Shown: piece after piece, positions 49,845-57,279 of the stretch
How positions within the stretch are numbered: position 1 is the first letter of the stretch
How the letters are laid out: each line of letters starts with the position of its first letter
DNA from: an uncultured Gammaproteobacteria bacterium
GTDB lineage: Bacteria > Patescibacteriota > Microgenomatia > PFEM01 > JAPLYW01
NCBI GenBank assembly: GCA_965230945.1
Contig: OZ246397.1
Span: forward strand, 175,701-239,700
DNA: 64,000 nucleotides
Reading direction: 5' to 3'
Translations under genes and position numbers: made by a program
Notes under the pieces: generated by a model
What the model saw: only the letters and a program-made list of their open reading frames with translations
Told to the model about the DNA's origin: nothing
Database searches by the model: none

Positions 49845-51014
49845 ATGGAAAAAATTAATTCAGAAATATCTCCACCTATCCAAGAAAAAAATGAACCTGC
49901 TAAAAGTCATATTGAAAAATTAGGCAGGTTGTTTCTTTGTAGAAAAATTGTTACTGTTCCATCAAAAACTAAAGATGGTATTGAACGGCCTCTTTCTGTA
50001 AGGGCGTCAAGAGCTGAACTTTATAAAAAATATCGATCCACAGAAAAAGAAAACACTATCAAGCGAAAACAAATAATTGAACAAGCTCATATAAGAGACG
50101 AAATCTTAAAACAGTATTTAAACCAAGGTGAAGTTATTGTAAGCATACCTCACTTAGGCGAACAAAAAGCAAGATATACAACAATAAATCCTTCTGAAAC
50201 TCTCAAAAATAAAGAAAAAGAAGATCAGAACCATGTTTTCCTAATCCCCGGCCTCTCTAATGACATTGACTGTGTCGGAGCTCTAGCCCAAGAAGCTGCT
50301 TTTTTAGGAAAAAGAATTACTGTTATAGCTTTTCCTGAATCGTTCAAAGGAAAAGCTACCCAAGAATTCGCTAATGCAGTAGAAAAAGATAAAGGTTATG
50401 GACCACATGTAGAGTTTTTTAAAAACGCCATCAAACAATTAAGCAAAGAAAAGGACTCTCTTGAGCTTTGGGGACTTTCAACTGGAGCCCCAATTGTTTG
50501 TTCTATACTAAACGACCCGCAATTCGTCCAAAAAACAGAAAATGCCGTTCTCTTTGCTCCCGCAAGTTCTGTTAGCCAACTAGCCATTAGTTTAAATACT
50601 GGAATAATTAACGATTTTTTAGGTTTAAAAAAATTCCGCACTTTTCCTTATTGGAACTACACTTATGAGAGTAAAAAGCCCAGAGAAAAAGAACAAATAA
50701 AATTAAGAAAAGAAATTTATAAATCTCTTCTAAAAAGAACTCGTACCAGACTTGATTATTGGAAAACAGCTAAAGTTAAAGAAAAAGGAAGTATTGTAGT
50801 AGTATCAGGAAGAAAAGATAAAATTACAAAAAGCTCTAATATTAATAATGAAGTATTAAGAAATCCCCAAGTAAAGCTTCTTGATCTGCAAAACATGTAT
50901 CATATAACACCTAATTTAGAACCAAATGAGATTTTGTCTTTGGTTTTTAAATTCCAGAAGGAAGAAAAAGAAAATCTTTGGTCTTTTGATAAACCACCTC
51001 AGGATAAGCTATAA
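49845..51014 (+). CDS. Alpha/beta hydrolase
   Basis: FLIPG oxyanion segment, WGLSTGA nucleophile elbow (GxSxG), GRKDKI Asp, MYH His; last 11 or so codons lie in repeat module C. Confidence 0.75.
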   Translation: MEKINSEISPPIQEKNEPAKSHIEKLGRLFLCRKIVTVPSKTKDGIERPLSVRASRAELYKKYRSTEKENTIKRKQIIEQAHIRDEILKQYLNQGEVIVSIPHLGEQKARYTTINPSETLKNKEKEDQNHVFLIPGLSNDIDCVGALAQEAAFLGKRITVIAFPESFKGKATQEFANAVEKDKGYGPHVEFFKNAIKQLSKEKDSLELWGLSTGAPIVCSILNDPQFVQKTENAVLFAPASSVSQLAISLNTGIINDFLGLKKFRTFPYWNYTYESKKPREKEQIKLRKEIYKSLLKRTRTRLDYWKTAKVKEKGSIVVVSGRKDKITKSSNINNEVLRNPQVKLLDLQNMYHITPNLEPNEILSLVFKFQKEEKENLWSFDKPPQDKL

Positions 51015-51135
51015 CCTCTATGGGTTTGAAACCTTCGGCTATAATGATAGAAAGGACCTAGACCATCCTGCTCAGCTCGTTGGGAATAGTACCGTAAGTA
51101 TGGGATCGAAGGGGCCTAGCCCAACCTGCTTCAGC
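50981..51135 (+). repeat. Junction repeat J6 (C, A-end, core, D, core)
   Basis: Cores at 51058 (CTAGACCATCCTGCTCAGC) and 51116 (CTAGCCCAACCTGCTTCAGC), 58 bp apart. Confidence 0.88.
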
Positions 51136-51638
51136 TACGATTTGTTTATTTTACGAAGTAGGTAGGCGGCAAAATTGTTTCCATATTTTACCTGTAAAGA
51201 TTTCTTTTGCCAGTCTTTACCTGTAACAATTTTTCGGCAATTTTTTACTCGGCAATTACATATCAGCTTATTGTTATTATTTTCAAAAGTCCCATAGTCT
51301 ACAGTAAGTTCCTCCCCTTTTGAAATGTTCCCTAAGGTAAAAAATACATTCTTACCTCGTATGCCGATATTTGGTTCGCATGAATGATTTATATAAAGCA
51401 TGCTTTTCTTTAATTCCTCATTAGTAGTCGGGGCAATATAATGATTGTCATCGATTTGGAGTTCTGAGCCTTTAATAATTTCTTTATTATTATCAATAAA
51501 TTGCTGGTCAACAATACGGCCATTTTTTATAGCCACCTTTTCTCCTTCACGTATATCTTCTTTTGTAAACAAACCCTTACCATGTATCTTACTTTTTTTG
51601 ACTTCAGCTCTAAAAAATGTTTGAGATTCTAACTGCAT
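51135..51638 (-). CDS. SET-domain protein-lysine methyltransferase with post-SET cysteines
   Basis: HGKGLF, YINHSCEPN, GEELTVDY, CNC...CR. Confidence 0.92.
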   Translation of the reverse strand: MQLESQTFFRAEVKKSKIHGKGLFTKEDIREGEKVAIKNGRIVDQQFIDNNKEIIKGSELQIDDNHYIAPTTNEELKKSMLYINHSCEPNIGIRGKNVFFTLGNISKGEELTVDYGTFENNNNKLICNCRVKNCRKIVTGKDWQKKSLQVKYGNNFAAYLLRKINKS

Positions 51639-51703
51639 TAACGAAATTATATCATATAAAAATTCTAATTATAATTATTCATCTTTATGCTAAAAATTCC
51701 AAA

Positions 51704-51917
51704 GTCTTTTGATAAACTTCTCGAGGATAAGCTATAATATTCTTCAGTCGGTGGTTTGGAAATCATCAACTAAGACCAGCAGATTAGGAATAGCACCGTA
51801 AGTATGGGATCGAAGGGGCCCTAGACTAATCTGCTCAATTTTTTCGGAATTAAAACCGTAGGAACACCGTCCAGCTTTAAGGACTAGAAAGATCCAAACT
51901 GTGGAACTCAGCCAAAC
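51704..51917 (+). repeat. Junction repeat J7 (C, hairpin, D, core, E, degenerate core), the longest copy
   Basis: TTGATA-18 nt-TATAAT at 51709-51738; core CTAGACTAATCTGCTCAAT at 51821; degenerate core CCAAACTGTGGAACTCAGC at 51894. Confidence 0.85.
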
Positions 51918-52172
51918 AGGACACCCAGGTATTAATTAGTTTATTTGACTTGTTAACTACAACTGATATACCATGTGGAACAACTGTAGAAGGCGGCAAT
52001 CAAGGTCTGGCTCCGGGTACTTCTTCGGGAAGTGAAGGAACGGCAGTTGTTGGAGAATAAATATTAGTTTAAAGAAAAAGAGGAAAAAACATACCCAACG
52101 TCGTCATAAAAGATTTCAATCTTGAAAGAAGATTCAATCAAGAACGCAAAATTACTTACGAAAATATATATA

Positions 52173-52667
52173 TTAAAATTGATTTAAAGCTTCCCTTGCA
52201 ACAATGCCAACTAAATCTTTAAAGCCTTCGGGATTTACTTGATAAGTAATTGCTAGCGCACCGATAAAAATAATGACTGCCAACCACCTGGTATATTTGC
52301 CGCGGGTGCGGACAAACAAAATAATCGAAAGAATAGCCATTATTGCTGGGAATATTGCTTTCAAATCCCCAAAAGTTACATAATAACCGGCTACATACTC
52401 GCCTTCGGTTCCTAAAAATTCAGCTAGATTAAAATTAATCTTAAAAATTACCAGGATAAATTCTAAGATAATGACAGTCAGCATGGTCAAGGAAGCCCAT
52501 TTAGTGGACTTCCCTTCTGTCCTGTAAACCTGGTAAATTACTGCTGGCAGTAAAAAGCCCAGAATATAAAGGACGTTTTTCTGCCAAAATCCCAAAACAA
52601 TGCCAATGACAAGAAGGACTAAAAGGACAGTACATGTTGCTGTTGCGTATTTTGTTGGTTTCGCCAT
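52173..52667 (-). CDS. Hypothetical multi-TM membrane protein
   Basis: About five hydrophobic segments; internal repeat RTEGKSTKW / RTRGKYTRW. Confidence 0.7.
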   Translation of the reverse strand: MAKPTKYATATCTVLLVLLVIGIVLGFWQKNVLYILGFLLPAVIYQVYRTEGKSTKWASLTMLTVIILEFILVIFKINFNLAEFLGTEGEYVAGYYVTFGDLKAIFPAIMAILSIILFVRTRGKYTRWLAVIIFIGALAITYQVNPEGFKDLVGIVAREALNQF

Positions 52668-52730
52668 AGGTTTTGTTTAATTTATTATATTATTTATTTA
52701 TTTGTTTGTTAAGTCAATCTCTAAATATTT

Positions 52731-52758
52731 AAAAACTTTCTAAACCGGCCTGCTTAAC
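52731..52758 (+). repeat. Junction repeat J8 (core only)
   Basis: CTAAACCGGCCTGCTTAAC at 52740. Confidence 0.7.
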
Positions 52759-52812
52759 ATATGTTTTTTAAAACGATACAACAGTCTTTTTTTGTTATGG
52801 TAAAATTGTTTA

Positions 52813-53811
52813 ATGATAAAAAATAAAACAATACTGGTTGCTGGAGGAGTTGTTTTAGCTATCGTTATGGTTTGGTTGATTGCTTCTTTTATATTATTTA
52901 ATGCCCCTCAGACTCAATCTCAAAAGGAAGAAGTTTTTACAGTTGCATTGAAAACTACTGAAACAGAAATAATAGATAAACTAAAAAACCAGGGGTTTAT
53001 TCGTAATACTTGGGCATTCAATCTAGCCTTAACTATTAAGGATAAACATAATAAAATTGAGAAGGGAGGATACTATCTTTCAAAAAATTTAAACGCTTGG
53101 CGGGTTGCAGATAAACTTACAAGCCCACCCGATATGAAATGGGTAGTTATTCCGGAAGGGCTAAGAAAAGAAGAAATTGGTGAAATCCTAGCCAAGACTT
53201 TTAACTGGAGCAGTGATGATTTAGATAAATGGAATAACACTTATACAGCTATGAAATTTGATTATCTTGAGGGCGTTTATTTCCCTGATACTTATCTTAT
53301 TCCTAAGAAAGAAAATGGATTAGATATCGCTAACCGCATGATTAACCGTTTTAATGAAAAATTTACTCCTTACCTTAATCAGTTTGAAAAACAAAATATC
53401 ATTTGGACAACTGGATTAAGACTTGCCTCTGTAGTTCAGAGAGAGGCAGCAGGTAAACAAGATATGCCGCTTATTGCTGGAATTCTTTGGAATAGACTAT
53501 TAAAAGAGATGAAATTAGAGGTGGATGCTACGGTCCAATATGCACGAGGTAAAACCGATAAAGGCTGGTGGACACCTATTAAACCTGAGGATATAACAGA
53601 GATTGATTCCCCATATAACACTTATAAATATAAAGGGTTACCCCCACATCCAATTGGTAATCCTGGAATTGACGCTATTGAAGCAGTTTTAAACCCAACA
53701 GAAACAGATTGTTTATATTACCTACATGATAGCAATAGACAAATTCATTGTTCCAAAACTTACGAAGAGCATAAAGCTAATATTGAGAAGTATTTAAAAA
53801 ACAAAAAATAG
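52813..53811 (+). CDS. mltG: Endolytic transglycosylase MltG (YceG family)
   Basis: IPEG, LEGVYFPDTY, LASVVQRE catalytic Glu, DATVQY, SPYNTY..KGLPPHPI.NPG. Confidence 0.93.
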   Translation: MIKNKTILVAGGVVLAIVMVWLIASFILFNAPQTQSQKEEVFTVALKTTETEIIDKLKNQGFIRNTWAFNLALTIKDKHNKIEKGGYYLSKNLNAWRVADKLTSPPDMKWVVIPEGLRKEEIGEILAKTFNWSSDDLDKWNNTYTAMKFDYLEGVYFPDTYLIPKKENGLDIANRMINRFNEKFTPYLNQFEKQNIIWTTGLRLASVVQREAAGKQDMPLIAGILWNRLLKEMKLEVDATVQYARGKTDKGWWTPIKPEDITEIDSPYNTYKYKGLPPHPIGNPGIDAIEAVLNPTETDCLYYLHDSNRQIHCSKTYEEHKANIEKYLKNKK

Positions 53812-53828
53812 GAATTATTTTCTATTTC

Positions 53829-53925
53829 TTTTTATAGTACCTCATTTGTCTCATTTGGCCTCGGAGTGATACACTTAGAGTATTGAGTTATAGGAACTAA
53901 TAGGTCCCAGACCGACCCGCTTAGC
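53829..53925 (+). repeat. Junction repeat J9 (module A, core)
   Basis: CTCATTTGTCTCATTTGGCCTCGGAGTGATACACTTAGA..TTGAGTTATA; core CCAGACCGACCCGCTTAGC at 53907. Confidence 0.85.
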
Positions 53926-53938
53926 ATAGAAATTCTTT

Positions 53939-54271
53939 ATGATAGACAAATGTTCTCAGTGTGGTCTTTGCTGTTGTTTATTTTTAGTGAATTTAGCCGA
54001 AGAAGAATACCGGTCAGGCAAATACAGAACTTAGTTTGAGGAGTTTGGCTTGATTGATAACTTCCACAAGGCAGCCGCGTGTGGGGCAAACATTCTCAAA
54101 CAAAAAGAAGATGGCAATTGCATCTATCTTAAGGGAAACAAATGTTCTATTCATAAAATCAGGCCTCAAGTTTGCAGAGAGTTTTTCTGCACCTCGAAGT
54201 TGAAAAAGTTCAGAAAAATGATTGAACAGATTGAAAAGAAGCGAGCTAGTCTGGAAAAGAGAAAGAAGTAA
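53939..54271 (+). pseudogene. YkgJ-like CxxCxxCC Zn/Fe-S cluster protein with an in-frame TAG at codon 32
   Basis: ATG 53939: MIDKCSQCGLCCCLF...KYRT*FEEF...CIYL...CSIHKIRPQVCREFFC; TAG at 54032-54034. Confidence 0.8.
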
Positions 54272-54296
54272 AAGTTCCTAGACCAGCCTACTCAGT
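54271..54296 (+). repeat. Junction repeat J10 (core only)
   Basis: CTAGACCAGCCTACTCAGT at 54278, between two convergent stop codons. Confidence 0.82.
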
Positions 54297-54318
54297 TCTA
54301 AAAAATAAAATGGTCATG

Positions 54319-55317
54319 CTAATTTTTCTTAAACAAAAATTCAACAATATCGCTTGCTACTTTTCTGGATTGGCCAAAGACGGGGCAATGGTGAATATCA
54401 ATACCAGGACAGTCATTTAACTCTAATACATATGGTTTATTTGCTGATTCATCGTAAATAATATCTACCCCAGTTATTACCATACCAATAGCTTTAGCTG
54501 CCTTAATAGCGATTTTCTTTAGCTCGCAGCTTATTTCATCAGTGACATCTCTGCCGATTCCCCCAGTGCTGATGTTGGCATTTTGTCTTAAAAAAACTTT
54601 TTCTCTTTTTTGCGGAATATAAGTTAACTTTTTATCCTGTTTCTTTAAATTTCTTTTTATTTCCCCGTTAAGCCTTATTTTACATAAAGGTTTTTCATAT
54701 CTTTCTCCTACAAGCGGATTCTGATTAAATTTCTTAATAAGCTGGCGAATGTTGCTGAATCCATCACCAATAACATGAGCAGGAACTCTTTCTATTGCTG
54801 CTGGAACTTTATTGCCAATAACCAACAAACGATAATCTTTCCCCTTAATAAATTCCTCAATCAAAACATTTTTCTTTCCTGGTGTATTAAAAACTAAGGG
54901 CAAAACCTCATCAAATTCTTTTAATGATTCGATGTTGGCAAAGACCTTTTTTCCATGAGCTCCTTTAGCGGGTTTTAAAACGCAGGGAAATAAATTCTTT
55001 TTTGAAATTATTCTTTTTGCTTCTCTTGGAGTTCTGACAAGCCAGCTTTTGGGGATGGGAATTTTATGGCTCCGTAAAATACTTTTAGTTAAAAACTTAT
55101 TATTAGCAATGAAACAGGCTGGTTGGGAGTTAACAGGAAGGGAAGTGCCTTTAATAAACAAAGATTTTCCATTAAAAGTTAGCTTTAAAAGGTGAAAGCG
55201 CTTAGAAATAACCTCAACTTTTATTCCCTTCTCTAGAGCAGCATCTAAAATAACTTGAGTGCTTTGACTTCTAAGCCTTATTTCTCTAGAAACAAATTTG
55301 TTTATTTTATTTGTCAT
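54319..55317 (-). CDS. Stand-alone ATP-grasp ligase (cyanophycin synthetase/GshAB ATP-grasp domain-like)
   Basis: NKFLTK, VLKP..G.HG, LIEEFI.G.DYRLLV, RVPAHVIGDG, ANISTGG, GVDII, LELN..PG. Confidence 0.85.
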   Translation of the reverse strand: MTNKINKFVSREIRLRSQSTQVILDAALEKGIKVEVISKRFHLLKLTFNGKSLFIKGTSLPVNSQPACFIANNKFLTKSILRSHKIPIPKSWLVRTPREAKRIISKKNLFPCVLKPAKGAHGKKVFANIESLKEFDEVLPLVFNTPGKKNVLIEEFIKGKDYRLLVIGNKVPAAIERVPAHVIGDGFSNIRQLIKKFNQNPLVGERYEKPLCKIRLNGEIKRNLKKQDKKLTYIPQKREKVFLRQNANISTGGIGRDVTDEISCELKKIAIKAAKAIGMVITGVDIIYDESANKPYVLELNDCPGIDIHHCPVFGQSRKVASDIVEFLFKKN

Positions 55318-55482
55318 TTTTTACCTCGTTTAAACATAGTCATGTCATGATACTAGCCAATCGCATAGGGCAAATAAATAAAAAGATCCCGAGGGAGGGC
55401 AATTAAAGAAAGACTTTTTTTCCTTTTAATTAAGCTTTTCTAATTAAAATTATACCATTTTTTATTAAAAACTTCTAGATTT

Positions 55483-55734
55483 TTGTGGTTGGGCTTCATG
55501 GTTCACAACAGATTGGGAATGTCAACCTTAGATTATGCGTGCTATAATGAACTTATTAATAGTAAAAAAGATACAATAGACAATTTAATAGCTACCTTTC
55601 TCGAAAAAGGCGGTCGGATCAATAAATTTTACCTCCGAAATCGAAAGAAGGGGCCTTCTCTTGTCTATTTGAATGGCTGGTATCGCGGTCGCAATATTCG
55701 TGAAGCAGTGTTGAGGGCGCTTGCAGACCAATAA
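55483..55734 (+). CDS. Small hypothetical protein (start uncertain, possibly 5'-truncated)
   Basis: 3' half looks protein-like; the 5' part overlaps a degenerate junction-like sequence. Confidence 0.35.
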   Translation: MWLGFMVHNRLGMSTLDYACYNELINSKKDTIDNLIATFLEKGGRINKFYLRNRKKGPSLVYLNGWYRGRNIREAVLRALADQ

Positions 55735-55833
55735 TCAATTTTACTCCACGCAAAATATATCTACTTTTCTGACACTTCTCAGGTAAAATTTGGCCTTTTA
55801 TGGTTTTCTTTCTATAAGAAATTAAACCAGGAG

Positions 55834-56160
55834 CTAACGATAACCTCCCCTTCTTGGCCCTCGGTTGTCTCTTCTGGGACCTCCCCCTCTGTTGTCGAAC
55901 CTTGGTTTCTCTTCTCTTGGTTTTGCAACATTAACAGCAATCTTTCTTCCTTCCAACTCAGTCTCATTTAACTTTTCAATAGCTTCATCTGCTTCTTTGT
56001 CGTTTTCCATTTCAACAAAACCAAATCCCTTGCTTTGACCACTATATCTGTCAGTGATTACATCACAAGAAACAACCTTGCCAAATTTGGAGAATATTTC
56101 TTCTAGTTGGGAGCTAGCTATGGTATAAGGAAGCCCTCCAACGAATAATCTTTTGGACAT
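55834..56160 (-). CDS. RRM (RNP-1) RNA-binding protein
   Basis: RNP2 LFVGGL, RNP1 KGFGFVEM, Gly/Arg-rich tail; SD GAAAGGTGGTG. Confidence 0.95.
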   Translation of the reverse strand: MSKRLFVGGLPYTIASSQLEEIFSKFGKVVSCDVITDRYSGQSKGFGFVEMENDKEADEAIEKLNETELEGRKIAVNVAKPREEKPRFDNRGGGPRRDNRGPRRGGYR

Positions 56161-56333
56161 TTATTTTTCACCACCTTTCTGTTTTAAAATACTGTCTCTG
56201 TCTGACGGATAGAAAAAATCTTTGGAGGATATCTTCTTATCTAACTAGAAGAAACAGGTGTTAACATATCCCTCCTTAAGGAATATGTTCATATTATAAC
56301 ACATTATTTCTTCAACTGCACTGTTTTCTCAAA

Positions 56334-56391
56334 TATAGGGTGATTAGACTCTAGACCGACCTGCTCAGCAAATTGGGAATAGTTGGCCGTA
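56334..56391 (+). repeat. Junction repeat J11 (core, start of module D)
   Basis: Consensus core CTAGACCGACCTGCTCAGC at 56351 followed by AAATTGGGAATAG. Confidence 0.87.
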
Positions 56392-56433
56392 CTTTTTATA
56401 GAAAAATATCAAAGGTGTGGTAAGATTGAGTCA

Positions 56434-57117
56434 ATGAAAAAGATTTTGATTATCTTTGCCATTACCATTCTTGTTGTGGTGGTTGTTTTTGGCGCTTTAC
56501 GGCTTTTAGTGGGCGGCGGTGAAGATACTTGGATTTGCGTCGATGGTCAGTGGGTGAAGCACGGCGCGCCTGTCATGCCTAAACCTGAAGAGGGTTGCGG
56601 TGAAGAGAAACTAATTGGCGGCGATAAGGATGAGCATGGCTGCATTGGCTCAGCAGGATATACTTGGTGCGAGTCAAAACAAAAGTGTTTGAGGGAATGG
56701 GAAGAGCCTTGCGAACAAGAAGAAGTTTTTAACTTGCTCAAGGAATTAGAGAAAGAAACACAAATTGATTTTTCGGGGATTGTTAAAACTGAATTCGTTT
56801 GGAAAATAGAAGGCGAGAAGGTAGGTAAAGAGCAAAAAACTGAAGAACTGGTAACAGCTGGTAAAGGTTTTGATGTTGAGAAGATCTCCGATGAGCAGCA
56901 TAGAAGTATCGAGGAATTTTTTAGGGACAATGGTTTTGAAATAGATGTTTACAATGTGGCTGACGGGACTATTGTTAGGGCAACTGGTTACAAGAAGAGT
57001 CAAATTGCTTGTCTAGTTATTGGTGGTGCTAGCGGATACAAAGAAGCAACCGGTCAATGGACTCCGCCCGAGCCAGACATAAAAGATGTTGAAGTAAAAT
57101 GTGGGATGTTGGAGTGA
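56434..57117 (+). CDS. Membrane-anchored protein with small Cys-rich extracellular domains
   Basis: MKK plus TM, WICVDGQWVKHG, GGDKDEHGCIGSAGYTWCESKQKCLREWEEPC; ATG at 56434 preferred. Confidence 0.75.
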   Translation: MKKILIIFAITILVVVVVFGALRLLVGGGEDTWICVDGQWVKHGAPVMPKPEEGCGEEKLIGGDKDEHGCIGSAGYTWCESKQKCLREWEEPCEQEEVFNLLKELEKETQIDFSGIVKTEFVWKIEGEKVGKEQKTEELVTAGKGFDVEKISDEQHRSIEEFFRDNGFEIDVYNVADGTIVRATGYKKSQIACLVIGGASGYKEATGQWTPPEPDIKDVEVKCGMLE

Positions 57118-57165
57118 TTTTTAAAAAGCTCACCAGATGATTGTTTTAAATAGATCATCATTTCC

Positions 57166-57276
57166 TTTTTTATACTGTTTCATTTGTCTCATTTAGCCTC
57201 GAAGTGATACACTTAGAATGTTGAGTTATAAGAAAAGAAAGGGCTTAGACCGAGCTACTCAGCAAATTGGAAAATA
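57166..57276 (+). repeat. Junction repeat J12 (module A, core, start of module D)
   Basis: TGTTTCATTTGTCTCATTTAGCCTCGAAGTGATACACTTAGA; core TTAGACCGAGCTACTCAGC at 57245. Confidence 0.87.
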
Positions 57277-57279
57277 AAA

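Noticed and set aside
54032-54034. Genome-wide stop-codon reassignment
   Set aside because: TAG, TGA and TAA all end conserved genes at the expected positions, so standard code 11 fits.
55468-55530. Additional junction core (CTTCTAGATT...CAGATTGGGAAT)
   Set aside because: Only the CTAGA and TTGGGAAT fragments match; too degenerate to count.
43099-57263. Junction repeats as a CRISPR array
   Set aside because: Copies are degenerate, mostly separated by whole genes, the short spacers (D, E) recur instead of being unique, and no cas genes are present.
43099-57263. Junction repeats as canonical integron attC or Xer dif sites
   Set aside because: R boxes are in reverse order, AAC is not invariant, genes face both directions, there is no intI, and no dif-like 11-6-11 XerC/D arms are seen.
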